Below, piece by piece: positions 44,283 through 56,092 of a stretch of 64,000 nt of DNA (position 1 is the first letter of the stretch; each line of letters opens with the position of its first letter). Below the pieces are notes generated by a model, which was not told the DNA's origin, did not search any database, and saw nothing but the letters and a program-made list of their open reading frames with translations. The DNA is taken from the NCBI GenBank assembly GCA_025456425.1, contig JALOKP010000013.1:480-64479 (forward strand), given 5' to 3'. The position numbers and the translations under genes are program-made. The stretch is from Acidobacteriota bacterium (GTDB lineage Bacteria > Acidobacteriota > Polarisedimenticolia > J045).

Positions 44283-45585
44283 CCCGCCGCCTGCGCTCGC
44301 TCGTCCTGCTGGGCCTCGTGCTGGCCGCCGTCGCCTCCGTTCCGGGCTGCTCGCCCGGCGGCTCGGAGGCGCCTGCCGCCGCGACGCTCTACACCTGCCC
44401 GATGCACCCCCAGATCGTCCAGGACCACCCCGGCGACTGCCCGATCTGCGGCATGCGCCTGGTTCCCGCCGAGCGCGCCGGCGCGGAGCGGCGCGACGAC
44501 GGCCCGCCCGAGACGCGCGCGATCGTCGAGCCCGGCGAGGAAGGCGTCCGGCTGGCCGGCGTCCGGACGGTCGAGGTCCGGCGCGACACGATCGCGACCG
44601 CGCTCCACACCGCCGGGACCGTGGTCCCCGACGAAACGCGGATCCGCCACCTGCACACGAAGGTCGAGGGCTGGGTCGAGCGGCTGTTCGTCAACTTCAC
44701 GGGCCAGGAGGTCCGGGCCGGCGCCCCGGTCCTCACGATCTACTCGCCCGAGTTGCTGGCCAGCCAGGAGGAGTACCTGCGGACGCGGGAGACCGTGGCC
44801 CGGCTCTCGCCCTCCACGCTGCCCGAGGTCCGGCGCGCCGCCGACGAACTTCTCGCCGCGGCCCGCCGGCGGCTCGAGCTGCTCGACGTGCCGGCCGCGA
44901 CGATCGCCGCGCTCGAGGCCGGGGGCCCGCCCCAGCGAACGGTCACGCTGAGCGCGCCGGTCTCCGGCTTCGTGACCGTCAAGAACGTCGTCGAGGGACA
45001 CCGCGTCGAGCCCGGCGAGGAGCTGCTCCAGGTCACCGACCTCTCGCGGGTCTGGATCGAAGCCAGCCTGTTCGAGGCCGACATCCCGCGCGTACGGCTC
45101 GGCCAGCGCGCGGCGGTCACGCTCCCATTCGATCCGGCCCGGACGCTCGAGGGGCGGGTCGTCTTTCTCTCCCCGACGCTCGACCCGGCGACGCGGACCC
45201 TCCCGGTGCGGATTGAGTTTCCCAACCCGGGGCTGGCGCTGCGCCCCGGGATGTTCGCCGAGGTCTCGCTCGACGTGGCCGCGACCGAGGGGCTCGTGAT
45301 CCCCGATTCCGCGGTGATCGACACCGGGCGCGAGCAGGTCGTCTTCGTCGAGTCGATCGATTCGTCCTTCGTGCCGCGCAGCGTGACGCTGGGCGCGCGC
45401 GGAAACGGCGTGGTGCAGGTCCTGAAGGGGCTCGGCCGCGGCGAGAAGGTCGCCGTCCAGGCGAACTTCCTGCTCGACTCGGAGTCGCGGCTGCGGGCCG
45501 CGTTCGCCGGGGCCCAGTCCGCGCCGGCCGCCGCTCCCCCTCCCGCCCCCGCCGCGGCGGGTGGCGGGCACCCGGGCCACGCGCC

Positions 45586-45589
<4 letters not shown>
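44279..45589 (+). CDS. cusB: RND efflux periplasmic adaptor (CusB-like) with N-terminal heavy-metal-binding zinc-ribbon-like domain
   Basis: Lipobox LAAVASVPGC. YTCPMHPQIVQDHPGDCPICGMRLVP. A membrane-fusion-protein (MFP) beta-barrel/lipoyl pattern follows. ATGA overlap with the OMF stop. Confidence 0.85.
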
Positions 45590-48828
<3,239 letters not shown>

Positions 48829-48964
48829 CGGCGTGCTCCCGGGCTCGTTCGATTGCGTCGGCAGCGGCGTACTTAAAGGGCGGAGTTCCCTCGCCGAGAG
48901 CCTCCTCTCGGCTCCCGTCATCCCGACGCGCCGCGGAGGCCGGCGGGGGCCGAAGGAGACCGCC

Positions 48965-49606
48965 ATGCGATATCGATTCTCCTCAGCGGTCCTCGGTGGG
49001 ATCGTCCTTGCGGCGCTGCTCTCTGCCGCGCCCGCCACCGCGGGCGAACCCGGGCGGGTTTCGCCTCCCGGGCAGCGCGATCTCGCCGGGATCTGGTACC
49101 GCGTCGTCTATGACGGCGCCGCCAGCGAAGCGGGCGCGATCATCGTCGTGACGAAGGTCGACGCCGACACCTGGATTGCCGCGCCCGTCGTGCACATTCC
49201 GCCGCTCGTCCCACCTCCCCAGTATCCCGGCTTCCCGCCGACCGACGCCGCAGTCCCGTGGATCGTCCAGTTCCAACGGACGGGACAGAACACCTATCTC
49301 GTCACCTCGCTGTCGTACTACTCGGCGACCCAGGCTCCAGCCGGGCAACCGAAGACCGCCTGGGCCGGTGTGTGCAACGGACCGGGCATCCAGCAGGACG
49401 AGGACACGCTGACGATCGACTGGTACTGCTTCGCGTCGTGCAACCCGTGCTTCCCGGGCTGCTGGAACTTCGGCAGCCCCTACATCGCCTGCGATCCGGG
49501 GCGCCTCTGGGATCCGTTCCAGGATCCCACCGCGTTCTGTTCTGCAGTCGTCACCCCGGTCGAGTTCCGGAAGGTGCCGATGAGCGACGGGTGCGTCCCC
49601 GACTAG
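48965..49606 (+). CDS. Secreted hypothetical protein with Cys-rich C-terminus
   Basis: AAGGAG SD, ATG 48965, signal peptide LGGIVLAALLSAAPATA. The C-terminal half has 8 Cys (WYCFASCNPCFPGCWNF...IACDP...FCSAV...GCVPD). Confidence 0.55.
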   Translation: MRYRFSSAVLGGIVLAALLSAAPATAGEPGRVSPPGQRDLAGIWYRVVYDGAASEAGAIIVVTKVDADTWIAAPVVHIPPLVPPPQYPGFPPTDAAVPWIVQFQRTGQNTYLVTSLSYYSATQAPAGQPKTAWAGVCNGPGIQQDEDTLTIDWYCFASCNPCFPGCWNFGSPYIACDPGRLWDPFQDPTAFCSAVVTPVEFRKVPMSDGCVPD

Positions 49607-49657
49607 GTCGCGGCGCTCCAGGAGGGGGGCGCGACCGAGGGACTGCGTGAGATCGAG

Positions 49658-49705
49658 ATTGGTCGGGGTGCCGAGATTTGAACTCGGGACCCCCTGCTCC
49701 CGAAG
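49658..49705. repeat. attL-type direct repeat: displaced 3' fragment of tRNA-Pro
   Basis: 48/48 nt identical to 58518-58565 (attggtcggggtgccgagatttgaactcgggaccccctgctcccgaag). Confidence 0.9.
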
Positions 49706-49922
49706 AACGGCGAAACTACTTAACCTGTTGACTTTACAGGTCGCATCCCGCTCCATCCCGCTCGAGTGCGCTCGGTCCTGCAAAGAGCATTGCAAAGAGC
49801 GCGGCGCGGGGGAGGTATTCTGATCGTGCTTTCCGGGGGCGCACCTCGAGCTCGAGGGGCGGGTTTCCCGACCCGCCAGCGCCCCCGGGTTTCTCTCCTC
49901 GGGACCGCCACGGGAGGCGGAC

Positions 49923-50621
49923 ATGAAGCACACGACCATCGAGGTGCGCCCGCTGAGTATCGTGCTGCGCAGGCGGTGTCTCGCTGACCTGCGGAAGCAG
50001 CTCGAGGTGCACGTCCGCGCGTTCGTCTACCGGCCGACGCCGCCGACGGGGCTCGCCGGGACGCTGCCGATAGTGCTGCCGGATGACGCGCCGGCCGACG
50101 TGCGTCGCGCCCTGGACGCGCTCGCCGACGCAGTCTCCGGCGTCATCCTGGGCGCTGACCGGAAGGTCAAGCTCCACCACCGATACGCGGTGGCGGTGCG
50201 GCGCGAGGCCCACGAACTTGCCGGCACGGCGTTTGCGATCGAGTCCGATGCCCGCGAAGTCGAGCCGATGGGGGAGTTCCTTCGACAGAACCGAGAGGCC
50301 GCGCGTCGGCTCGGGCGGCTCCGTACCAGCACGACCGGCCGGCGGTCTACCCTGCCGACCGATGACACGTTGCGCGCGCTGGTCGCGGCGCTCGAGGCGT
50401 GGGTCCCCACGGCGCCCAGCGGGGCGCAGGCGGCGGTCGCGGCGCTCGAGCGGGGCATCCTCGCGGACTACCCGCGCACGCGGGCAGAGCACCGCGTGAC
50501 GCTCACGGGGAAGCTCGGAACGGCGCTCGCGTCGCGCGCGACGCCAGCCGGGAAGGCGCGCAGGATCATCGGCGCGTGGTTCGGCGTTGATCTCCGGAGA
50601 GTCCCGAACCCGGCGAAATAG
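49923..50621 (+). CDS. Hypothetical protein (first island ORF)
   Basis: GGGAGG SD 5 nt before the ATG. Protein-like composition, no recognised motif. An antisense ORF (49734..50492) is judged spurious. Confidence 0.5.
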   Translation: MKHTTIEVRPLSIVLRRRCLADLRKQLEVHVRAFVYRPTPPTGLAGTLPIVLPDDAPADVRRALDALADAVSGVILGADRKVKLHHRYAVAVRREAHELAGTAFAIESDAREVEPMGEFLRQNREAARRLGRLRTSTTGRRSTLPTDDTLRALVAALEAWVPTAPSGAQAAVAALERGILADYPRTRAEHRVTLTGKLGTALASRATPAGKARRIIGAWFGVDLRRVPNPAK

Positions 50622-50702
50622 ACCCCCGGCGCGGCGTTCGGTTTCGCCTACATTCGCGTCGCATCGTGCTCACGACCGGACGAAGCCGGTCTGGAGAACA
50701 CG

Positions 50703-50906
50703 ATGCAGAAGCACGACGCGGGTCCGCCTCATGACGCGCTGATCTACTCCGAGCCGCACGCGGCCCGGATGCTCGGGCTGGCGCCGGAGACCCTTCGGAA
50801 GCTGCGGTCCCGGGGGCTGATCGCGGCCGTCCGGATCGGACGACGTGTGCTCTACGAGCGGCGCGCGCTCGAGCAGTTCGTCGCCGAGATGCGGCGGGCA
50901 TCGTGA
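50703..50906 (+). CDS. Excisionase/AlpA-like helix-turn-helix DNA-binding protein
   Basis: YSEPHAARMLGLAPETLRKLRSRGLIAAVRIGRRVLYERRALEQFV is the HTH_17/excisionase-family pattern. Confidence 0.7.
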   Translation: MQKHDAGPPHDALIYSEPHAARMLGLAPETLRKLRSRGLIAAVRIGRRVLYERRALEQFVAEMRRAS

Positions 50907-51091
50907 TCCGCCCCGAGCGGTTCCGGCTCCTCGCGGCGGTCAACCGAACCATGGCCGATGCCGCGCTCGAGGTCGCGTGGTGCCACGAGCGGGACGGCGC
51001 CGCTCCCCCGGCCGCCGTCGAGACCGTCGCGAAGGCCGGCGCGGAACTGTTCAACATCCTGGCCGAGCTGCGGGAGGCCGGGGATCTGTGA
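50903..51091 (+). CDS. Small hypothetical protein
   Basis: ATGA overlap with the preceding gene and GTGA overlap with the following HNH gene suggest it is translated. No motif. Confidence 0.35.
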   Translation: MIRPERFRLLAAVNRTMADAALEVAWCHERDGAAPPAAVETVAKAGAELFNILAELREAGDL

Positions 51092-51639
51092 GCCCGACCT
51101 GGCGCCAAGTGCTCTACCGGGCCTACGCGCTCGGACACTCGGCGAAGGTGGGCGACCACGCGCCGGAGCTGTTCGCGCGGGAACGCTGGCAAGTCTGTAT
51201 CGCCCGCCCCTCGCGAGACCTGACGCTCCGGCTCGCCCGACGGATGGAGTGTATCGCCTGCGGTGAGCCGATCGCTCCGAACGGGACCGGCGATCACATC
51301 GTCGCCCGATCGCTCTGGGCCGCCCCGGAGGGGGCCGAGAATTACCTCCCGCTCTGCCAGCCGCACAACTCGAGCAAGGGGAGAAAGAACCTCCTCGCCT
51401 GGTGGCACGGCAAAGGCCTGCCACCCGCGGGGCTCGTGCCTGACCCGCTGCTGCAATTCGCGCGAGTCACCTATGCCTACGTCGCGCGGAACACTCTCGC
51501 CGACATGGACGCCCCGGCCGACGTGGTCGAGGCGCTCGAGGCGCTCGAGCTCGCGCTGCTGCCTAGCGTCGAGCACGTCACCGTGCTGCGGCAGGCGGCT
51601 ATCGACCAGGCGGCCGCCGCCCGCAAGGGGGGGGCATGA
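51088..51639 (+). CDS. HNH endonuclease domain protein
   Basis: CIACGEPIAPNGTGDHIVARSLW...ENYLPLCQPHNSSKGRKN (C-x2-C ... DH ... N ... C-x2-HN). The GTG start is inferred from the overlap. Confidence 0.7.
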   Translation: MSPTWRQVLYRAYALGHSAKVGDHAPELFARERWQVCIARPSRDLTLRLARRMECIACGEPIAPNGTGDHIVARSLWAAPEGAENYLPLCQPHNSSKGRKNLLAWWHGKGLPPAGLVPDPLLQFARVTYAYVARNTLADMDAPADVVEALEALELALLPSVEHVTVLRQAAIDQAAAARKGGA

Positions 51640-52457
51640 CACCGCGCGAGATGCGGCTCCTCTGGGTCGGCCTCGGGTATGACCGCGGCTGGTCGTTCAC
51701 CCCGCTGGACGGGAAGAAACCGCGGCTGTTCGGCTGGACGAAAGCGCCGCGCGAGACGCGCGAGCAGGCGCTCGCCTGGGCCGCCGCCGGCAACGTGGGC
51801 GTGCGGTGCGGCATCGTCTCTTACGCGCTGCTCGTGGTCGACGTCGACGTCCCGAAGGGCGCGACCTGGGAATGCCCCGTCCAAACGATCACGGTTCGCA
51901 CGGGCGGCGGCGGCCGGCACCACTACTTCGCGATCCCCGGCGGCGTGCACGTCCCGAACAGCTCGGGGAAGATCGGCCCGCACGTCGACGTCCGCGCCGA
52001 CGGCGGACAAGTCGTCTACCCGGGAAGCGTCCACCCGGCGACGGGCAAGGTTTACGACTGGCTCCCCGGCTGCGCTCCCGGTGAGGCGCCGCTCCGGGCC
52101 CTGCCGCACGACATCTTCCGGCTGCTGACCGATCCCGTGCCCGAGACGCGGGCGGTGCCGCCGGCGGGGCGCGTGGCAGCCTCCTCACGCTATGCGGCCG
52201 TGGCGCTCGAGCGCGAGCGGGACCGCGTTGCCGGCGCCCCCCGCGGCAGTCGCGGGACCACCCTCTACAGCGCTGCGGCCCGCATGGGCGAGCTGGTCGG
52301 CGCCAGCCTGATCGACGCGGCGACGGTCCGCTCCGCCCTGCTCTGGGCCGCCGAAGTCAACGGGCTGGCCGAGAGCGACGGGGAGGCGTCCGTCCTGCGC
52401 GAGCTCGAGCGCGGCCTATCTCTCGGGATCGCGCACCCCCGGGCGGTGACCGCATGA
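51636..52457 (+). CDS. Bifunctional DNA primase/polymerase (Prim-Pol, AEP superfamily) with PriCT-like C-terminal domain
   Basis: LLVVDVDVP (DxD), TGGGGRHHYF, VDVRADGGQVVYPGSVH. C-terminus YAAVALERERDRVAGAPRGSRGTTLYSAAARMGELV. Confidence 0.85.
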   Translation: MTPREMRLLWVGLGYDRGWSFTPLDGKKPRLFGWTKAPRETREQALAWAAAGNVGVRCGIVSYALLVVDVDVPKGATWECPVQTITVRTGGGGRHHYFAIPGGVHVPNSSGKIGPHVDVRADGGQVVYPGSVHPATGKVYDWLPGCAPGEAPLRALPHDIFRLLTDPVPETRAVPPAGRVAASSRYAAVALERERDRVAGAPRGSRGTTLYSAAARMGELVGASLIDAATVRSALLWAAEVNGLAESDGEASVLRELERGLSLGIAHPRAVTA

Positions 52458-53704
52458 CAACCGTCGATGACGTGCTCGCCGTCTACCGCCGGCACCTCTA
52501 CCTCGACGACCCCGGAGCAGTCTGGGTCACGCTCGCAACCTACGTCGCGAACCGCCGCCCCGGGACCCCGCTCTGGCTCCTGGTCGTGGCGCCCCCGTCG
52601 TCGGGCAAGACGGAGTACCTCCTGCCCCTGGTCGGCGCCCCGGACGTGACGTTCGTCTCCACGATCTCCTCCGAGGGCGCCCTGCTCTCCGCGACCGCTC
52701 GCAAGGAGCGCGGCAAGAACGCGACCGGCGGGCTCCTCCGGCAGATCGGGACGTTTGGCGTGCTCGTCCTGAAAGACTTCGGGTCGATCCTCTCCATGAA
52801 CCGCGACGCCCGCGCCGCCGTCATGGCCGCGCTGCGCGAGGTGTTCGACGGCGAGTGGACGCGCACAGTCGGAAGCGACGGCGGGCAGTCTCTCGCCTGG
52901 GCCGGCAAGGTCGGCGCGATCGGCGCCTGCACCCCCGTGATCGACCGCGCCCATGCAGTCATGACCGCCCTCGGGGACCGCTTCCTGCTCTACCGCCCGG
53001 ACGCGACCGCGACCGACCCCATGTGCAGCCGGGCCCTGAACCGCGACGGGCTCGAGCGGTCCATGCGGGCCGACCTCTCCGCCGCCGTGACCGATCTCCT
53101 CGCGCCGCTCGACCTGTCCGCGAACCCCGCCCACCTCTCCCCCGCGGACGTGGTCCGCCTGACCGCCTGGGCGAAGCTGGTCGCCCGCGGCCGGGCCGCC
53201 GTCGAGCGCGACAGCTACACGCGAGAGATCGAGCTCGTCCTGGGCGCCGAGGGCCCCGCCCGGGTGGCGATCCAGCTCCGCCAGCTCCTCGACGGGCTCC
53301 GCACCCTCGGGGCGGACGAGACGAGCGCCTGGGGCCTGGTCGGCAAGGTCGCGCTGGATACCATCCCGATCCGCCGGCGGCGGCTGCTCGAGCACCTCCG
53401 CTCCGCGGCCGACCCGCTGGACACAACCGACCTCGCCGTGCTGATCGACCACCCGGCGAACACGACCCGCCGCGACCTCGAGGACCTCACCGCTTACAAG
53501 CTGGTACAGCGCATCCCGAACGGGCCGGGCAGAGCGGACCTCTGGCGTATTACCTCGTGGGCGCTCGAGGTCTGGGCCACCGCCGAGCGGGCAACCTTCT
53601 CCGAAATGTCGGAAGACGTACACACCCCCTTTAATGAATTCCGAAAATCACAGACAGACATTTCGGAGAAGGTTCCCCCAGCCGTCGCGAGGCCGGGCGC
53701 ATGA
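52454..53704 (+). CDS. P-loop NTPase, putative replicative helicase partner of Prim-Pol (DUF3987-like), with C-terminal winged-helix-like region
   Basis: Walker A VVAPPSSGKTE and Walker-B-like GVLVLKDFG. ATGA overlap with the Prim-Pol gene. Confidence 0.65.
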   Translation: MTTVDDVLAVYRRHLYLDDPGAVWVTLATYVANRRPGTPLWLLVVAPPSSGKTEYLLPLVGAPDVTFVSTISSEGALLSATARKERGKNATGGLLRQIGTFGVLVLKDFGSILSMNRDARAAVMAALREVFDGEWTRTVGSDGGQSLAWAGKVGAIGACTPVIDRAHAVMTALGDRFLLYRPDATATDPMCSRALNRDGLERSMRADLSAAVTDLLAPLDLSANPAHLSPADVVRLTAWAKLVARGRAAVERDSYTREIELVLGAEGPARVAIQLRQLLDGLRTLGADETSAWGLVGKVALDTIPIRRRRLLEHLRSAADPLDTTDLAVLIDHPANTTRRDLEDLTAYKLVQRIPNGPGRADLWRITSWALEVWATAERATFSEMSEDVHTPFNEFRKSQTDISEKVPPAVARPGA

Positions 53705-53825
53705 CCCTTTCAATCTTCGCGACCCCCGACCCATTTAACGCCCGGGTGCGAATTTGGGTGGGCGCGGGCTTCTCGCTCGGTCGCTGCGAAAAAACGGCGC
53801 CGGCGGCCGGCGGATCGGAGGCCCT

Positions 53826-54239
53826 GTGAGTCACGTCCAGCGTCCATGCTCGCAGCCCGGCTGCCCGGCCCTGGTCAGCCCGGGCACGGGCTCACGCTGC
53901 CCGGCCCATCGTCGGCGGGACACCCGATACCGGGACCGCGGCACCCGGCAGCAGCAGGGATACGGGGGCGCGTGGTTGGCGATCCGGGCCCGGGTGCTGC
54001 GCGAGGAGCCGATCTGTCCGTGCGGCCGGCCGGCGACCCAGGTCGACCACGTCCAACCTCTGACGCGAGGCGGGACCCACGAGCGCGGCAACCTGCAAGC
54101 GCTCTGCGCGTCGTGCCACAACGTGAAGACGAAGCGTCAAGCCGCGGCTGTTTTTTCGGGCGGAAGCCGTGAGAAGCCGCGCCCCAACCACACGCACGCG
54201 AATCCAAGAATCCGAACGGGGGCAAATCATGGGCGCTAG
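53826..54239 (+). CDS. HNH endonuclease (phage packaging-associated type)
   Basis: CSQPGCPALV...RCPAH...CPCGRPATQVDHVQPLTRGGTHERGNLQALCASCHNVKT. GGAGG SD 5 nt before the GTG. Lies directly upstream of terS. Confidence 0.8.
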   Translation: MSHVQRPCSQPGCPALVSPGTGSRCPAHRRRDTRYRDRGTRQQQGYGGAWLAIRARVLREEPICPCGRPATQVDHVQPLTRGGTHERGNLQALCASCHNVKTKRQAAAVFSGGSREKPRPNHTHANPRIRTGANHGR

Positions 54240-54675
54240 GGGTCCGATCAGGGGCACGCCGGCGGCGCGGTACTGCGGCCCGTCCGGTCTGACGGCGCAG
54301 GGCGGGACGCGTGCGAAGGCGATCGAGGCCGACCCGTTGCCGACCGAGCCGCCGAGCTGGTTGCCGGCGCGGGCGAAGGCCCTGTGGCGGGCCACGCTGC
54401 CGCAGATCACGGCCCGGGCGACGCGGGCGGACCGGGAGGTCTTCGCGCAATGGTGCCTGGCCTGCGCGGCCGTGCGCGACCTGGCGCCGATCGTGGAGAA
54501 GGACCCGGCCCGGGGAGACGAGCTGCGGGCCCAGCTCCGGGCGGCGGCGATGTTGGCTCGGGAGCTGGGGCTGACGCCGGCGAGCCGGTCGCGCATCCCC
54601 GAGGTCGAGGTGGTGGAGAAGCAGCAGGACGAGAAGGCCCGGCGCGAGGCGACGATCGCCGCGCTGATTCGGTGA
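54229..54675 (+). CDS. Phage terminase small subunit, P27 family
   Basis: PSWLPARAKALWRATLPQI...REVFAQWCLACAAVRDL...AMLARELGLTPASRSRI matches the remembered P27-family TerS pattern. Start at MGARGP overlaps the HNH end. Confidence 0.72.
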   Translation: MGARGPIRGTPAARYCGPSGLTAQGGTRAKAIEADPLPTEPPSWLPARAKALWRATLPQITARATRADREVFAQWCLACAAVRDLAPIVEKDPARGDELRAQLRAAAMLARELGLTPASRSRIPEVEVVEKQQDEKARREATIAALIR

Positions 54676-54822
54676 TGACAGCGGGTTGATCACGGCCAAG
54701 GTCCTTTTCGGCGCGTGAAGTTCTCGTCAACCGCGATCTACTTGACTCTCTTCGCAATTTCGCCCAATCTCCCCGCGCGAGCACGGAGCGACACGAGGGG
54801 GAGCTCTTTCGCGGAGGCGGCG

Positions 54823-55377
54823 ATGAAGAGAGTGGAATCGCATGCCCTAGTTGCCGCGTTAGCTCTGGGCGGATTTCTCATGGTTGCCGGCTGCAACCGT
54901 CCGGGGATAGACGGCAATGAACCTCTCGCCCCGAGAAGGACTGGGAGCGCGAAGGAATCCATCGAGAAGTGTAGTTCGGCGCTCCGGGCGAATCTGGGGA
55001 GACCATTCGTGGAATTCGGCCTGCGCGATCGCGCGGGAAATATTCACAGTACCCGGGGCTTCAACGACAAGACCACCGCCTTTTTTGTGGCTGGTGCCAA
55101 TTGCCCCGGAACCAGAATCTGGGTTCCGGAACTTGCTGAGAACGGCTGGAGAATTGGCGGGCTGCAGTACGACCGCCTTGTATTCCTGGCGGTGAGCGAT
55201 CGCGCTCTTCCGGTGCCTACCGGACTACCGCAGTACAAGGTCGAATGGCCAATGCCGGGCTACCTCTCCTCCTGCACGATGTACCCGGCGGTATACGTCG
55301 TGTCGGAAGACGGAGTGTTCACGGGATTCAAACTGGGCCGAGTGGGCGCCCCCATAGTGGCAGACGAAAGCAAGTGA
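54823..55377 (+). CDS. Lipoprotein with thioredoxin-like (TlpA/redoxin) fold, single-Cys active-site remnant
   Basis: Lipobox LMVAGC. FGLRDRAGNIHSTRGFNDKTTAFFVAGANCPGTRIWVPEL parallels the redoxin F-x-L-x-D-x-G...WCxxC...P-x-L layout, but with CPGT. Lies in the lower-GC segment. Confidence 0.55.
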   Translation: MKRVESHALVAALALGGFLMVAGCNRPGIDGNEPLAPRRTGSAKESIEKCSSALRANLGRPFVEFGLRDRAGNIHSTRGFNDKTTAFFVAGANCPGTRIWVPELAENGWRIGGLQYDRLVFLAVSDRALPVPTGLPQYKVEWPMPGYLSSCTMYPAVYVVSEDGVFTGFKLGRVGAPIVADESK

Positions 55378-55393
55378 GAATGGGAGGTGGTGT

Positions 55394-56092
55394 ATGAGGT
55401 ACAAGCGTATGTTCCTATGCGGGCTGCTCGTCCTTCTCTCTCTCTCAGGAGTATTCGTAGCCGCAGCCTCTCAGTGCGATTGGGATCCGGTCACCGAAGT
55501 TTGCAATGGCGCGTGTGAACCGGGCGAGCCTGACTGTGACCGCTGGTACGGCTGTGGCTGCTCGATCTGCGAGCCGTGGCAAGAGGGCTACTCGCTCGAG
55601 TTGGTCATGACTCGGGACGGCGGCTCGGGTCCTCCGCACAGCGTCGGGTCGGCATACTCCGGTTCCTTGGCGCAGTCGACCGGCGGAACTATTCAAAACC
55701 GCCGCGAATGGGGAACCGCCATCGATGCAGTTCCGGCGGTCTCGGATCTCCAGCTAACGGCGGAAGTTAGGCAGGGGGGGAACTCCGTTACGCGCAGACT
55801 TGTTATCACCTCACTCTACGCGAGGATCCCCACCTTCGTTCACTCTCGGACCAGTCCAGATAGCACCGGGGATAACGTGTTCGCGCTTTTTGGCGGCCTG
55901 CCAAGCGTGCTGACCCTGAACACTCAAACCGGAGCGGTCACGGGTACGCTCTACACCACCATGACGAATGCGTTCTACGGCGCTAATGACCGCATCGGGA
56001 TCGAGATGGACGTGACCGGGACGTTTGACTTCAACGCCATGCGACTCACCTTGGATCTCGGCGGCACCGGCATGCTGAAGACCGCAACCTAG
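55394..56092 (+). CDS. Secreted protein with N-terminal 7-Cys cluster and beta-rich C-terminal domain
   Basis: Signal peptide FLCGLLVLLSLSGVFVAAA. CDWDPVTEVCNGACEPGEPDCDRWYGCGCSIC. No family recognised. Confidence 0.55.
   Translation: MRYKRMFLCGLLVLLSLSGVFVAAASQCDWDPVTEVCNGACEPGEPDCDRWYGCGCSICEPWQEGYSLELVMTRDGGSGPPHSVGSAYSGSLAQSTGGTIQNRREWGTAIDAVPAVSDLQLTAEVRQGGNSVTRRLVITSLYARIPTFVHSRTSPDSTGDNVFALFGGLPSVLTLNTQTGAVTGTLYTTMTNAFYGANDRIGIEMDVTGTFDFNAMRLTLDLGGTGMLKTAT

Noticed and set aside
49734-50492. 252-aa minus-strand ORF in the island
   Set aside because: It is antisense to the 49923..50621 ORF, which has a proper SD and a more protein-like sequence. It would also read out through the att site.
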